Source of the DNA: Nannocystis bainbridge
GTDB lineage: Bacteria; Myxococcota_A; Polyangia; Nannocystales; Nannocystaceae
NCBI RefSeq assembly: GCF_028368995.1
Contig: NZ_JAQNDL010000003.1
Location: 576,001-640,000 of the forward strand
DNA: 64,000 nucleotides
Reading direction: 5' to 3'
Shown here: piece after piece, positions 45,898-55,360 of the stretch
How positions within the stretch are numbered: the first letter of the stretch is position 1
Layout of the letters: each line of letters begins with the position of its first letter
Program-made: the position numbers and the translations under genes
Notes under the pieces: model-generated
Databases searched by the model: none
What the model saw: the letters and a program-made list of their open reading frames with translations, nothing else
What the model was told of the DNA's origin: nothing

Positions 45898-46953
45898 TCA
45901 GAAGCGGACCGTCATCCGCAGCGTGCCCAGCAGATACCCCGGCGTGAGGTTCAGCGACTTCAGCTCGCTGAAGCGGACGTTGTAGCGGAACTGGGCCCCG
46001 AAGCTGAAGTGCCGCCGCACCAGCAGATCGACGGCCAGCCCGAGGTACATCTCGCCGATGGTGGTGACCTCGCAGACCTTCGCGGCGCTGCACTTCAGGC
46101 CCACGTCGCACCCACCGTTGGCCATGCAAGCTTCGCCGCGCTGCCCCGTCACCCCGCCGGTCGGCGTCACCACCCGCAGGCCCGCCACCCCGACCTCGAT
46201 GAGCGGCAAGAACCGCCCGAGGTCGAGCGCGAACACCGGCCCGGCCCCGTACCCCATCACGTGGATCGTGCCCGGCGGCGCCGTGCGCACGACCTCCATC
46301 TCGACCTGCACCCGCTCCTCGCCGACCGGGTGCCCCGAGTACATGCCGATCGCGCGGACCCAGATCCAGCGATACGCCTGCACGTCGAACTCGGCGCTGA
46401 CGCCGGCCCCGTGGATCCGCTGCGGCTGGTTATTGACGAGCCGCCCCTGGAACGGCAGCCGCAACATCGCGTAGGCGGGCGCCAGCGTCAGCGCGAACCG
46501 CCGCCGCGCCGACCATCCCTGACGAATGTCGGGTCGCGTGCGCGGCGGGTGCGTGGCGATCTGGTTGTTCGGCGCGCGCATGAACGGCGCGTCGTTCGGA
46601 TCGCTCGGCACCGGCGGCAGCTCGTCCCCGGCCACCCGCGGACTTTTTCCAGGCGCAGCGCCAGCGTTCGCGCCACCGCGTGAAGTGCCACCATTCGCGC
46701 CCGCGTTCCCCTGCGGAGCCACCCCGTTCGCGCCCGGCGGGCCCGAGGCGCCTCCGTCCGCTGGAGCTGGCGGCTCGCTCGTCTGCGGCTTCGTTTCACT
46801 CGCGCGCGGCCCCTCGTCGGGCTTGGCTTCCTGCCTCTCGCCCTCGGTCACCGGCGGCTCCCACGGCGGCAGTTCGCTCGCCCGAGCCGCCCCGGCCGCT
46901 CCCAGCGCGAAGACCAGCGCGAGCCCGAGCTGCACGGATCCCTGTGTGCGCAC
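45898..46953 (-). CDS. putative outer-membrane beta-barrel protein with Cys-rich loop
   Basis: Signal peptide, Pro-rich linker, amphipathic strands, C-terminal MTVRF. Confidence 0.7.
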   Translation of the reverse strand: MRTQGSVQLGLALVFALGAAGAARASELPPWEPPVTEGERQEAKPDEGPRASETKPQTSEPPAPADGGASGPPGANGVAPQGNAGANGGTSRGGANAGAAPGKSPRVAGDELPPVPSDPNDAPFMRAPNNQIATHPPRTRPDIRQGWSARRRFALTLAPAYAMLRLPFQGRLVNNQPQRIHGAGVSAEFDVQAYRWIWVRAIGMYSGHPVGEERVQVEMEVVRTAPPGTIHVMGYGAGPVFALDLGRFLPLIEVGVAGLRVVTPTGGVTGQRGEACMANGGCDVGLKCSAAKVCEVTTIGEMYLGLAVDLLVRRHFSFGAQFRYNVRFSELKSLNLTPGYLLGTLRMTVRF

Positions 46954-47199
46954 GCCGGGCAATCCTGCGCCAGGCTACCACGTCGCCGCCCCACCGGTGA
47001 GTTGTCACCTTACCCACATATCACACCTTAACTTACCAAACCCGCCAAACGCCCCTGCGACCGCCTGGAGGCCCGAATCGGCAGCATCACCCCTTCATCA
47101 AACTCGCCCGCGACACCCACGGCCAGCCACGAGGCGCGACCCCCGACCCGCCCGTCGAGCGCCGAGAGTACAGTCGAAAATTACCGGCGAGATCCAAGA

Positions 47200-47280
47200 G
47201 TACATGCTCGAAAGGACATTACCTCGAGAACATGTCTATCATAACATTTCCCCAAAGACATGCCCTCGAAGACATGTCCT
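47200..47280. repeat. 14-bp-phased palindrome array (6 units)
   Basis: NRACAT units at 47200, 47214, 47228, 47242, 47256, 47270 with unrelated spacers. Confidence 0.9.
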
Positions 47281-47370
47281 TATGACCTTACCCTCTCCCG
47301 CATCGTCCACGTCGTCGGCAGCGCGCGAGCATGCCTTCATGCATCACCGGCCGACCTCGAGACGCCCCCG

Positions 47371-49581
47371 TCACCGGTCGCCCACGCACACCGCCGCCCC
47401 GTGCCACGGCGTGCAGCGCCCGTGCGCGCACGGGTTGTCCGCGTCGCACGGCGAGAAGCAGGCGTTGCTGGCGAACGCGTGCACCTGTCCTTCTGGACAC
47501 ATCGGTGCGAACAGCGGATCATGGCGCACGCACCCCAACAGCGCCTCGCACCCGTCCTTCACCTTCGCCGCCTGCCCCGCCTTGCACACGGCATACAGCG
47601 CGGGGTCGCCCCACATCGCGTCGCACGTGTCGCAGCCGCACAGCTCGTCCGGCGGCTGCGTGAACGTCAGCCGCCGCTCCGGCTCGTCCCGCAGCGCCAC
47701 CACCTCCGTCACCAGCCGCGCCCCCTGCCAGCGGATCCGCAGCTCGCCCGCCCCGTCGAGCCGGTGCAGCTTCGCGGTCAGCGGCGCGCCGATCGCCAGC
47801 GGCGTCACCAGCGTCATCCCCGTCGCCGTCGTCATCCGCATCGCCGCCGGCGAGCCGCCCTCGATCACCTCGATCTCGCGCACCGGCTCGACATCGTCGG
47901 CGGCCGACAGCCGCAGCTTGAGCCACCCGCCGAGCTGCTGCACCGTGCCCGTCGCCCACGCCGCTTCGCCGAGCTCGACCGCCTGCGCCCCGTCCCACGC
48001 CAGCTGCGTCGGCGCGTAACGCATCCCTTCGGGCAGGCCCGGCGCGGGCACCGGCGGCGGAAGTGGCCGCGCCAGCCGCTCGCCCAGCGCCTCGGCCAGC
48101 GCCGCGTGCCCGCGCGCCGTCATGTGGATGTCACGATCGAGGAACGCCCCCGGCTGGGCCGCGCGCAGGGCCGCGGTCGCGTCGAAGCTGCGGATCCGCA
48201 GGTCCTCCGCGTTCGCCACCAGGTCACCGAGCAGCACCTGCGACGGCCGCATGTCGGGCCCCTGCTCGACCCCGTACTTGGCCCACTCGCCGGCGTCGAC
48301 CTGCACGTCGAACGGCAGCGCCACCACCACCAGCTCCGCCCCGTGCGCCGCGCACAGCGCCTTGAACTCGGCCAGGTACGCCGCGAACACCGACTGCGGC
48401 CGCGACCGCGGCGCGCTGCGCTCCAGCTCGGCCAGCACCGCCTCGCGCGAGTCGACCAGCGTCGCCGCGGCCGCCTGCAGCTCGCGCAGCCGGGCCGCCT
48501 GCTGTTTGGCGAACTTGCGCTGCTGCTTCTTGTAGTCGTCGCGCCGCGCCACTGCCTCGCGGATCAGCTCCGCCGTCACCTCGAGCGACCGCCCGCTCTC
48601 CGCCAGCTTCTCGTTGCTGACGATGTCACCCGGCCGACCCGCCGCGATCTGCTGCCAGAACTCCGACGGCTCGGCATACAGCAACTCGTCCTCCAGCGCC
48701 CGCAGCTGGTCTCGCTGCTCGCGCAGCGGCTGACCGAGCGCGTCGACCTGCGCGCGCGAGGCCCCGCGCCGCACCTCGTGCTCCGCCGCCACCGCGGCCT
48801 GCTGCGCCTGCGTAAGCACGCTCGCGTGCACGAGGTCCTGCCAGCCGCCCTCCGACGGCGTCCCCGGATCGAGCGGCCGCCCCCCCGCGTCGTCGCTCTC
48901 GGGCGCGCCCGCCGAGCCGCGCGCGTGCAGCCACCGGCGCACCGCGTACACCGCGTGCGAGCGCGACATCAGCCATGCGCGCCCCGGGAACTGCGGCATC
49001 TCGGCGGGCGCCGTCTCGCGGCGCACCGCCCAGCCGTCCCACACCGCGTGGCGCTCGGTGTTCGGCCGCTCGAGCTCGAACGGATCGTTGACGAAGTTGA
49101 GCACCACCACCACCGTCGCCGGCTTGCGCGACGTCAGCAGCTCGCGCGCCACCTCGAGGTACTCGCGCGGCCCGTAGGTCGGCACCCCCGCGTTGATCAC
49201 CGGCCGACCTGTCCTTTCGGCCAGCCCCACCGAGAACGTCTCGTCGTCCGCGACCCCGAGCCCGAACACCTGCGAATCGCCGACCACCACGATCTCGCCC
49301 GCCTGCGGCGCCGGCCACTCGGGCCCGCGGTAACCGCTGGCATTGACGTGAATCGAGGTCCGCGGGTTGGGCGGCAGCCGGAACTCCATCGCCGCCCCCG
49401 GCTGCAGCCGCACCCCGAGCTGCGGATCGGCGACATAGAAATTCACGTGCGGAAATGCCCACTCGTCGCGCATCGCGAATGCGCACTCGGTGGCCACCAG
49501 CCCCAGCCCCAGCCCGACCGCGATCTGGCCCGCGATCACGAGCCTTCGACGACGAACAGCGGGGCGCGGATCGGTGGCCAT
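47371..49581 (-). CDS. SGNH/GDSL (AlgX/AlgJ-like) hydrolase or O-acetyltransferase with helical insertion and Cys-rich C-terminus
   Basis: N-terminal TM; NASGYRG, VVGDSQVFG, INAGVPTYG, ND, DIHMTARGH. Confidence 0.82.
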   Translation of the reverse strand: MATDPRPAVRRRRLVIAGQIAVGLGLGLVATECAFAMRDEWAFPHVNFYVADPQLGVRLQPGAAMEFRLPPNPRTSIHVNASGYRGPEWPAPQAGEIVVVGDSQVFGLGVADDETFSVGLAERTGRPVINAGVPTYGPREYLEVARELLTSRKPATVVVVLNFVNDPFELERPNTERHAVWDGWAVRRETAPAEMPQFPGRAWLMSRSHAVYAVRRWLHARGSAGAPESDDAGGRPLDPGTPSEGGWQDLVHASVLTQAQQAAVAAEHEVRRGASRAQVDALGQPLREQRDQLRALEDELLYAEPSEFWQQIAAGRPGDIVSNEKLAESGRSLEVTAELIREAVARRDDYKKQQRKFAKQQAARLRELQAAAATLVDSREAVLAELERSAPRSRPQSVFAAYLAEFKALCAAHGAELVVVALPFDVQVDAGEWAKYGVEQGPDMRPSQVLLGDLVANAEDLRIRSFDATAALRAAQPGAFLDRDIHMTARGHAALAEALGERLARPLPPPVPAPGLPEGMRYAPTQLAWDGAQAVELGEAAWATGTVQQLGGWLKLRLSAADDVEPVREIEVIEGGSPAAMRMTTATGMTLVTPLAIGAPLTAKLHRLDGAGELRIRWQGARLVTEVVALRDEPERRLTFTQPPDELCGCDTCDAMWGDPALYAVCKAGQAAKVKDGCEALLGCVRHDPLFAPMCPEGQVHAFASNACFSPCDADNPCAHGRCTPWHGAAVCVGDR

Positions 49582-49643
49582 GCGCGGCGCCAACGCCCGG
49601 CGGGGCGCGGCGGCTCACCGTAACATCGACCCGCCCGCGCCTC

Positions 49644-50663
49644 CTACGGGCAATTCATCGAAGTCACCATCTGCCCCTTCGTCGGCACCCCGCACTCGAC
49701 GAAGCTGAGCGGGATCGACTGGCATTTGCTCTGCCCGCAATTCTCCTGCCGCATCACGTGCGCGTGCCGCCCCGTCGAATAGCCGGTCGAGCCCGACAGC
49801 CCGATCGTCTGCCCGCGCTTCACCACCTGCCCGAGCGTCACCTGGACCTCGTTGAGGTGCTTGTAATAGCTCGACGTATTGTCGCCGTGCAGGATGACCA
49901 CCAGGTTGCCGTACGGCCCGCACTCCGGCCCGCCGCCGTTGTAGCAGGGGTCGCCGGGCCCGGTCTCGGCGAAGATGTGGTGGACCGTGCCGTCGGCCAT
50001 CGCCAGCAGCGGCGTGTTGAGCCCGAGCCCGAAGTCGAACGCGTAGAAGTCCTTGCCCTGGTGGCTGACCCCGCCGTCGTTGCCCTGCGTCACCTTGACC
50101 GACATCCCGCACGCCAGCGGCAAGTAGAACCCGTCCGGCGCCGCCGGCTTCTCGTCGAGCGTACAGGACACGAAGTTCGAGAACACGAAGCCGTCGGGCT
50201 CGGCGATCTGATACCAGAGCGAGTTGCCGTCGATCGTCTCGCCCGCGACCGCCGCGACCGTGTCGACCAGCGCCCCGTTCGCCAGCGTCGCCACCGCGTC
50301 CTCGGCCGTCGACGGCGACGGACGCACGTTCAGCACCTCGCCCGCCGGCACCATCACCCGCAGCCGCGGGCACTCGGCCAGCGGATCGCCGGTGGTGCCC
50401 GTCGTCGTCGTCGTCGTCGACTCGATCTCGCCGTCGCTCGTGCTCGTCGACTCGCCCGTCGCGCCCGAGGTCGGCGGTCCCGTCATCCACGCGTCGGTGA
50501 CCGGCCCCGGGCCCTCGCCGCCGCTCGTCGTGCCATCCTCGCCCGTGGTCGTCAGCGGCCCGGGGAACGTCGTCGTCGGCTGTCCGCCCGTGAAGAGGAG
50601 CTGCTGAGAATCACCGCATGCGGCGATCGTGAGGGCGAGCAACCAACGGCGTTCGAGGCGCAT
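49644..50663 (-). CDS. M23 peptidase lipoprotein with SH3b domain
   Basis: Lipobox IAAC; LNVRPSPS...WYQI; SHQG..YAFDF, YGNLVVILH, YKHL, GSTGYSTGRHAH. Confidence 0.9.
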   Translation of the reverse strand: MRLERRWLLALTIAACGDSQQLLFTGGQPTTTFPGPLTTTGEDGTTSGGEGPGPVTDAWMTGPPTSGATGESTSTSDGEIESTTTTTTGTTGDPLAECPRLRVMVPAGEVLNVRPSPSTAEDAVATLANGALVDTVAAVAGETIDGNSLWYQIAEPDGFVFSNFVSCTLDEKPAAPDGFYLPLACGMSVKVTQGNDGGVSHQGKDFYAFDFGLGLNTPLLAMADGTVHHIFAETGPGDPCYNGGGPECGPYGNLVVILHGDNTSSYYKHLNEVQVTLGQVVKRGQTIGLSGSTGYSTGRHAHVMRQENCGQSKCQSIPLSFVECGVPTKGQMVTSMNCP

Positions 50664-50787
50664 GCTCCCGGGTTACCGGATCACTCGCGCGTTTTCAAGC
50701 GTGGATGAATCCTTATCGAGTCGACGACGCGCCCGGGTCCATCGCCGCGTGCTCGCCGGGCCCCGTGTTAGGCTCCGCGGCCTCGGG

Positions 50788-51612
50788 ATGCTCGCACCAC
50801 AGCGATTTTTCATCACCGGATGTGCCAGCGGCATCGGTCGGCACGCCGCCGACGTCCTCCTCGCGGCCGGCCACACCGTATTCGCCACCGACGTCCGGCT
50901 GGAGCCGCTGCAGGACTTCGCCGCCGCCCGCGAATGGCCGGTCCAGCGGGCTCACTGTCGCGGCCTCGACGTGCGCGACCCAGTCGCCTGGGAGGCCGTG
51001 TTCGGCGAGGCCGCGCGGGTCATGGGCGGCGTCGACGTCATGCTCAACGTCGCCGGCTACCTCAAGCCCGGTTACTGCCTCGAGGCCGACCCCCTCGAGG
51101 TCGATCGCCACTTCGACATCAACACCAAGGGCGTCGTGCACGGCACCCGCATCGCCGCCCAGCACATGGTCGCGCGCGGCCGCGGCCACATCATCAACGT
51201 CGCCTCGCTCGCCAGCCTCGCCCCCGTCCCCGGCATCGCCCTCTACAGCGCCTCCAAGTACGCCGTGCGGGCCTTCTCGCTGGCCGCCGCGCAGGAGCTG
51301 CGACCCCGCGGCGTCGCCCTCACCGTCGTCTGTCCCGACGCCGTGCGCACCCCCATGCTCGACCTCCAGCTCCACTACGGCGAGGCCGAGCTGACCTTCT
51401 CCGGCTCGCGCCTCCTCACCCCCGACGACGTCGTCCGGGCGATCGTCGACGACGTCCTGCCGCGCCGCCCGCTGCTGCTGGCCCTGCCGCGCTCGCGCGC
51501 CTGGCTGGCCCGGATCGCCGACCTGTTCCCGCGCACCTCGCACTGGATCGAGCCGCTGCTGCGCAGGATCGGCCGCAACCGCCAGCGACGCATGCGCGGC
51601 GAGCCGAACTGA
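50788..51612 (+). CDS. short-chain dehydrogenase/reductase
   Basis: ITGCASGIG, NVAG, YSASK. Confidence 0.93.
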   Translation: MLAPQRFFITGCASGIGRHAADVLLAAGHTVFATDVRLEPLQDFAAAREWPVQRAHCRGLDVRDPVAWEAVFGEAARVMGGVDVMLNVAGYLKPGYCLEADPLEVDRHFDINTKGVVHGTRIAAQHMVARGRGHIINVASLASLAPVPGIALYSASKYAVRAFSLAAAQELRPRGVALTVVCPDAVRTPMLDLQLHYGEAELTFSGSRLLTPDDVVRAIVDDVLPRRPLLLALPRSRAWLARIADLFPRTSHWIEPLLRRIGRNRQRRMRGEPN

Positions 51613-51616
51613 TCAC

Positions 51617-51685
51617 CACCTGTCCCGCGAGACACCTCGACATGGCCCACGGGACAGCCCATCAAAACATGTCCCGAGAGACAGA
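51617..51685. repeat. cluster of 14-bp gapped palindromes after the SDR stop
   Basis: TGTCC-CGCG-AGACA at 51621; TGTCC-CGAG-AGACA at 51670. Confidence 0.75.
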
Positions 51686-51700
51686 TCGCGTGAGCCCGCC

Positions 51701-52180
51701 ATGACCACCGACAAGCGCAACACCCCGATCGTCGCCGCCGAGGCCGCGCCGCGCGTGCGGCCCAGCGTCTACCCGCCCGAGTTCGCCCGCCGGGTCGAGG
51801 GCCGGATCAAGCGGCCGCTCGGCGACCTGTTCGGCCTCGTCAACTTCGGCGTCAACCACACCCGCCTGTCGCCCGGCTCGTGCAGCGCGCTGCGGCACGC
51901 CCACACCCGCCAGGACGAGTTCGTCTACGTGCTCGAGGGTCGCCCGACCCTCGTCACCGACGCCGGCGAGTTCGAGCTCGAGCCTGGCATGTGCATCGGC
52001 TTCCCGGCCGGCTCCGGCGAGGCGCACCACATCCTCAACCTCACCGAGCACGACGTCGTCCTGCTCGAGGTCGGCGACCGCAGCCCCGGCGACGCCGTCA
52101 GCTATCCGACCGACGACCTCGTCGGCATCTTCGAGAACGGCCGCTGGCATTTCACCCGCAAGGACGGCTCGGCCTACTGA
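51701..52180 (+). CDS. cupin-domain protein
   Basis: SALRHAHTRQDEFVYVLEG, GFPAG..AHH, LEVGDR. Confidence 0.9.
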   Translation: MTTDKRNTPIVAAEAAPRVRPSVYPPEFARRVEGRIKRPLGDLFGLVNFGVNHTRLSPGSCSALRHAHTRQDEFVYVLEGRPTLVTDAGEFELEPGMCIGFPAGSGEAHHILNLTEHDVVLLEVGDRSPGDAVSYPTDDLVGIFENGRWHFTRKDGSAY

Positions 52181-52191
52181 GACGCCCTCGC

Positions 52192-52228
52192 CCGCATGTC
52201 CCCGAGGACATCTCCCGACGACCATGGC
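52192..52228. repeat. 14-bp-phased motif array (3 units)
   Basis: Units at 52192, 52206, 52220; perfect site 52197..52210. Confidence 0.8.
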
Positions 52229-52253
52229 CGCCACCCGCGCGCCCGAAAGCTCG

Positions 52254-52290
52254 AAGGCCGTCCGACCCGCGGAGCGGGAGGGACGGCCTC
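52254..52290. terminator. hairpin between the convergent cupin gene and tRNA-Ser
   Basis: aggccgtcc...ggacggcct stem; weak U tract. Confidence 0.5.
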
Positions 52291-52298
52291 GAATGTTG

Positions 52299-52385
52299 CG
52301 GAACGGGAGGGATTCGAACCCTCGGTAGAGTTTCCCCTACACAGGTTTAGCAAACCTGCGCCTTCAGCCACTCGGCCACCATTCC
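52299..52385 (-). tRNA. tRNA-Ser (GCT), no encoded CCA
   Basis: GGAATGG acceptor stem, CAGGT-TTGCTAA-ACCTG anticodon arm, long variable arm, GGTTCGAATCC. Confidence 0.96.
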
Positions 52386-52557
52386 ATGCGCAGTCAGGTT
52401 GTCGGACGCCGCGTCCCAGGGGGGCCCGCGGGGTCTCGGAACCTAGCCGCATCGCTCGCCGGTTGCAAGGGTCCGGGGCACCCGCCAAAATCACACCCCG
52501 ACCGACAGCACAGCGGCGCCTTGTGAGATCTGGCCGCCCCCGCCACACTCAGCGCGA

Positions 52558-53316
52558 GTGTCTCCCGCCGCCACCGATCGGATCTCGGTCATCGCCAGCG
52601 AGATCGTCACCGCGGTCGGCTGCTTCGCCGCCGGCCTGGTGCTGATCCTGGGGATCCCCGGCGTCGCCGACGGCCTGCGCGCCGCCTTCGCCGCGCTGTT
52701 CGGCCAGCCGGTGCTGCCGCCGGACCAGGCCAAGATTGCCCTGTCGATGGCGCTGACCCCGATCGCCACCCTGTGCGGCGCCTTCCTTTACGACCGCCTC
52801 GGCCGCTTGTTCGATCCCGGCCCGCTGCCCCCGCTCGTGCCGGCCGCGCAGCAGCCCCGCCTGCCCCGGGCCGCGACGATCTCCCTCGTCTACCTCTGCA
52901 CCGCCGTGGTCGGCAGCTACGCCCTCGGCTTCCTCATGCAGCTGCTGGGCGCCCCGATCGCCGAGCAGCGGCTGGTCCTCGACCTCGTCGCCGCCGGCGG
53001 CCCCGCCCTCGCCAGCCTGGTGTTCTCGGCCCTCGCGCTGGCCCCGCTCGGCGAGGAGCTGTTCTTCCGCGGCCTCGTGTTCCGCCGGATCGCTCACCGC
53101 GCCGGCATGTGGCCCGCGCTCGTCACCTCGTCCCTGCTGTTCGCCGTCTTCCACGGCAACCTCCAGGGCCTCGTCGTCTATCTCTGGCTCGGGCTGGTGT
53201 TCGCCGGGGTCTACGCGGCCACCGGGCGGCTGTCCTGCGCCGTCGCCGTGCATTTCGGCAACAACGCCATCACCTTGCTGACCCTGCTGGCCCCGCGGGG
53301 CGACGGGGCGACCTGA
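52558..53316 (+). CDS. CPBP/Abi (CAAX) intramembrane metalloprotease
   Basis: APLGEELFFRG, FAVFH, VHFGNN. Confidence 0.92.
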   Translation: MSPAATDRISVIASEIVTAVGCFAAGLVLILGIPGVADGLRAAFAALFGQPVLPPDQAKIALSMALTPIATLCGAFLYDRLGRLFDPGPLPPLVPAAQQPRLPRAATISLVYLCTAVVGSYALGFLMQLLGAPIAEQRLVLDLVAAGGPALASLVFSALALAPLGEELFFRGLVFRRIAHRAGMWPALVTSSLLFAVFHGNLQGLVVYLWLGLVFAGVYAATGRLSCAVAVHFGNNAITLLTLLAPRGDGAT

Positions 53317-53422
53317 GCCAGACTTGTGATGTAGCGCTCGTTTTAATCGCGCGGAAGTTCTTGCTCCCGGCCCGGGCCCCTGGTAGGTTTCGCCGCCCCT
53401 GCACCACACGTGCCGGGGTTTT

Positions 53423-53496
53423 GCATCCGTAGCTCAGTTGGATAGAGCGTCGGTCTACGGAACCGAAAGTCGTAGGTTCGAATCCTTCCGGATGCG
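53423..53496 (+). tRNA. tRNA-Arg (ACG), no encoded CCA
   Basis: GCATCCG..CGGATGC acceptor stem, TCGGT-CTACGGA-ACCGA anticodon arm, GGTTCGAATCC. Confidence 0.96.
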
Positions 53497-53497
53497 C

Positions 53498-53533
53498 AGC
53501 GAGAGGGGCCCCCACCGGGGCCTCTCTCGCTTT
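53498..53533 (+). terminator. intrinsic terminator of tRNA-Arg
   Basis: agcgagaggggcccc...ggggcctctctcgct followed by T residues. Confidence 0.8.
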
Positions 53534-53668
53534 CTGCGTCTGCAGATCTTCCCGCCGAGGCCGCCGCGAGGGTCGACGCCTGCTCGACGCGGCGTCGGCT
53601 CGCCGGTCGATCGTCCGCGAGCCGGCGACCTCGGCCGCGCCGGTCCGCGGCCCCCGCCTGTCGCGCCG

Positions 53669-53720
53669 GAGCATGAATCTTCGGACATGTCCCTTCAGAC
53701 ATGCCTGAAGGGTCATCCCT
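53669..53720. repeat. 14-bp-phased palindrome array (4 units)
   Basis: Units at 53669, 53683, 53697, 53711. Confidence 0.85.
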
Positions 53721-53839
53721 CTTCGCTCCAGCCCGGTCGCGATGATGTCACCTGGGGCGAGGCCCGCGCGGCCCGTGGGGGCCATTTGCCCACTGGCGCG
53801 CGTCCTTGCCCCGGTGGTAGATCGTCGCGCACACCGCCT

Positions 53840-55348
53840 ATGCTTCGTCCGCGCGCGCTCATCCCCAGTGTCACCGTCGGCCTCGTTCTCGCGGCCCTCG
53901 CCTGCAACCTCACCCCTGACGCGAGCACCACCGACTCGGGTGACAGCGACACCGACGCCAGCACCGAGGGCACCGACACGAGCAACGAGCCGACCACCGC
54001 CGGCCCGACCACCGACGAGCCGCCGACGACCAGCAGCCCCGGCACCACCGACGGGACCGAGACCGGCACCTCGACCACCACCACGGACACCGACACGACC
54101 GCGGGCCCGACCACCGAGACCGGCACCACCGGCCCCGACCCCGCCGGCGTCACCATCTACGACATCCAGGGCGGCACCATCGCCGAGAAGACCGTCGTCA
54201 CCGTCAAGGGCGTCGTCATCACCTCGCCGGTCCGCATCGACAACATGGGCAAGGGCACCATCTTCGTCCAGGACCCGCAGGGCGGCGAGCTGTCGGGCAT
54301 CGCCGTGTTCCTCTACGAAGAGGTGGCGATGAACTTCGGCGTCAAGCCGGGCGTGATCGTCGACATCACCGGCGAGTACACCGAGTTCTTCGGCGAGAGC
54401 CAGATCCAGGTCACCAGCGTCGACGCGATCGTCGAGGTCGGCCAGGGCGAGTCGCCGCCGCCGGTGGTGGTCGCCGCCGCCGACATCGCCACCGGCGGCG
54501 CCAAGGCCGAGGCCTACGAGGGCGTGCTCGTCCAGGTCGAGGACGTCACCGTCACCAACCCCGCCGTCGATCAGAGCGACTTCGAGGTCGAGGGCGGCCT
54601 GCGGATCAACGACTTCTTCCTGTTCCCGCAGATGGAGAAGCCCGTGGTCGTCAACGGCCAGGTGTTCACCACCATCGCCGGCCCGCTGCGCTACAGCTAC
54701 GACAACCACAAGATCGCCCCGCGCGCCGCCGCCGACCTCGTCTCCGGCGTCGTCCCGCCGGCCGAGGAGCAGACGATCTACGCCATCCAGGAGGGCACGC
54801 TGCCGGTGCAGACCCCGGTGCTGATCAAGGGCGCGATCGTCACCTCGCCGCTCACCTTCAAGAAGGACGGCTTCTTCATTCAGGACCCGATGGGCGGCGA
54901 GCACTCGGGCATCTACGTCTACGTCGGCAACAAGGCCGTCGACGTCAAGCCGGGCGACGTGGTCGACGTCGAGGGCATCTACGACGAGTTCTTCGAGAAC
55001 TCGCAGATCGAGGTCGCCGACGCGGCCAAGATCGTCGTCACCGGCAGCGGCGCCATCCCGGCCCCCGAGGTCGTGTCCGCGGCCGACGTGGCCACCGGCG
55101 GCCCGCTGCAGGAGGCCTACGAGGGCGTGCTCGTCACCGTCGAGAACGTCCAGGTCGCCGCGATCAACGCGATGTTCGGCGACTTCGAGCTCACCTCCGG
55201 CCTGCTCGTCGACGACATCTTCATCGCCAAGGTCGACTGGAAGCTGCCGATGGTCGCCGACATGTTCGCCTCGCTGACCGGCCCGCTGACGTTCACCTTC
55301 GAAGAGGCCCGGCTGCTCCCGCGCACGCCCGCCGACATCGTGCCCTGA
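53840..55348 (+). CDS. lipoprotein with Thr-rich linker and two tandem OB-fold-type modules
   Basis: Lipobox ALAC; duplicated TIYxIQ..KGxxxTSP..FxQDPxGGExSGI..GxYxEFF..QI..EAYEGVLV..PR..AD. Confidence 0.82.
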   Translation: MLRPRALIPSVTVGLVLAALACNLTPDASTTDSGDSDTDASTEGTDTSNEPTTAGPTTDEPPTTSSPGTTDGTETGTSTTTTDTDTTAGPTTETGTTGPDPAGVTIYDIQGGTIAEKTVVTVKGVVITSPVRIDNMGKGTIFVQDPQGGELSGIAVFLYEEVAMNFGVKPGVIVDITGEYTEFFGESQIQVTSVDAIVEVGQGESPPPVVVAAADIATGGAKAEAYEGVLVQVEDVTVTNPAVDQSDFEVEGGLRINDFFLFPQMEKPVVVNGQVFTTIAGPLRYSYDNHKIAPRAAADLVSGVVPPAEEQTIYAIQEGTLPVQTPVLIKGAIVTSPLTFKKDGFFIQDPMGGEHSGIYVYVGNKAVDVKPGDVVDVEGIYDEFFENSQIEVADAAKIVVTGSGAIPAPEVVSAADVATGGPLQEAYEGVLVTVENVQVAAINAMFGDFELTSGLLVDDIFIAKVDWKLPMVADMFASLTGPLTFTFEEARLLPRTPADIVP

Positions 55349-55360
55349 GCGGAGATCGCC

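Noticed and set aside
52299-53496. tRNA-anchored genomic island
   Set aside because: No integrase, no duplicated tRNA 3' end noticed, and no compositional shift
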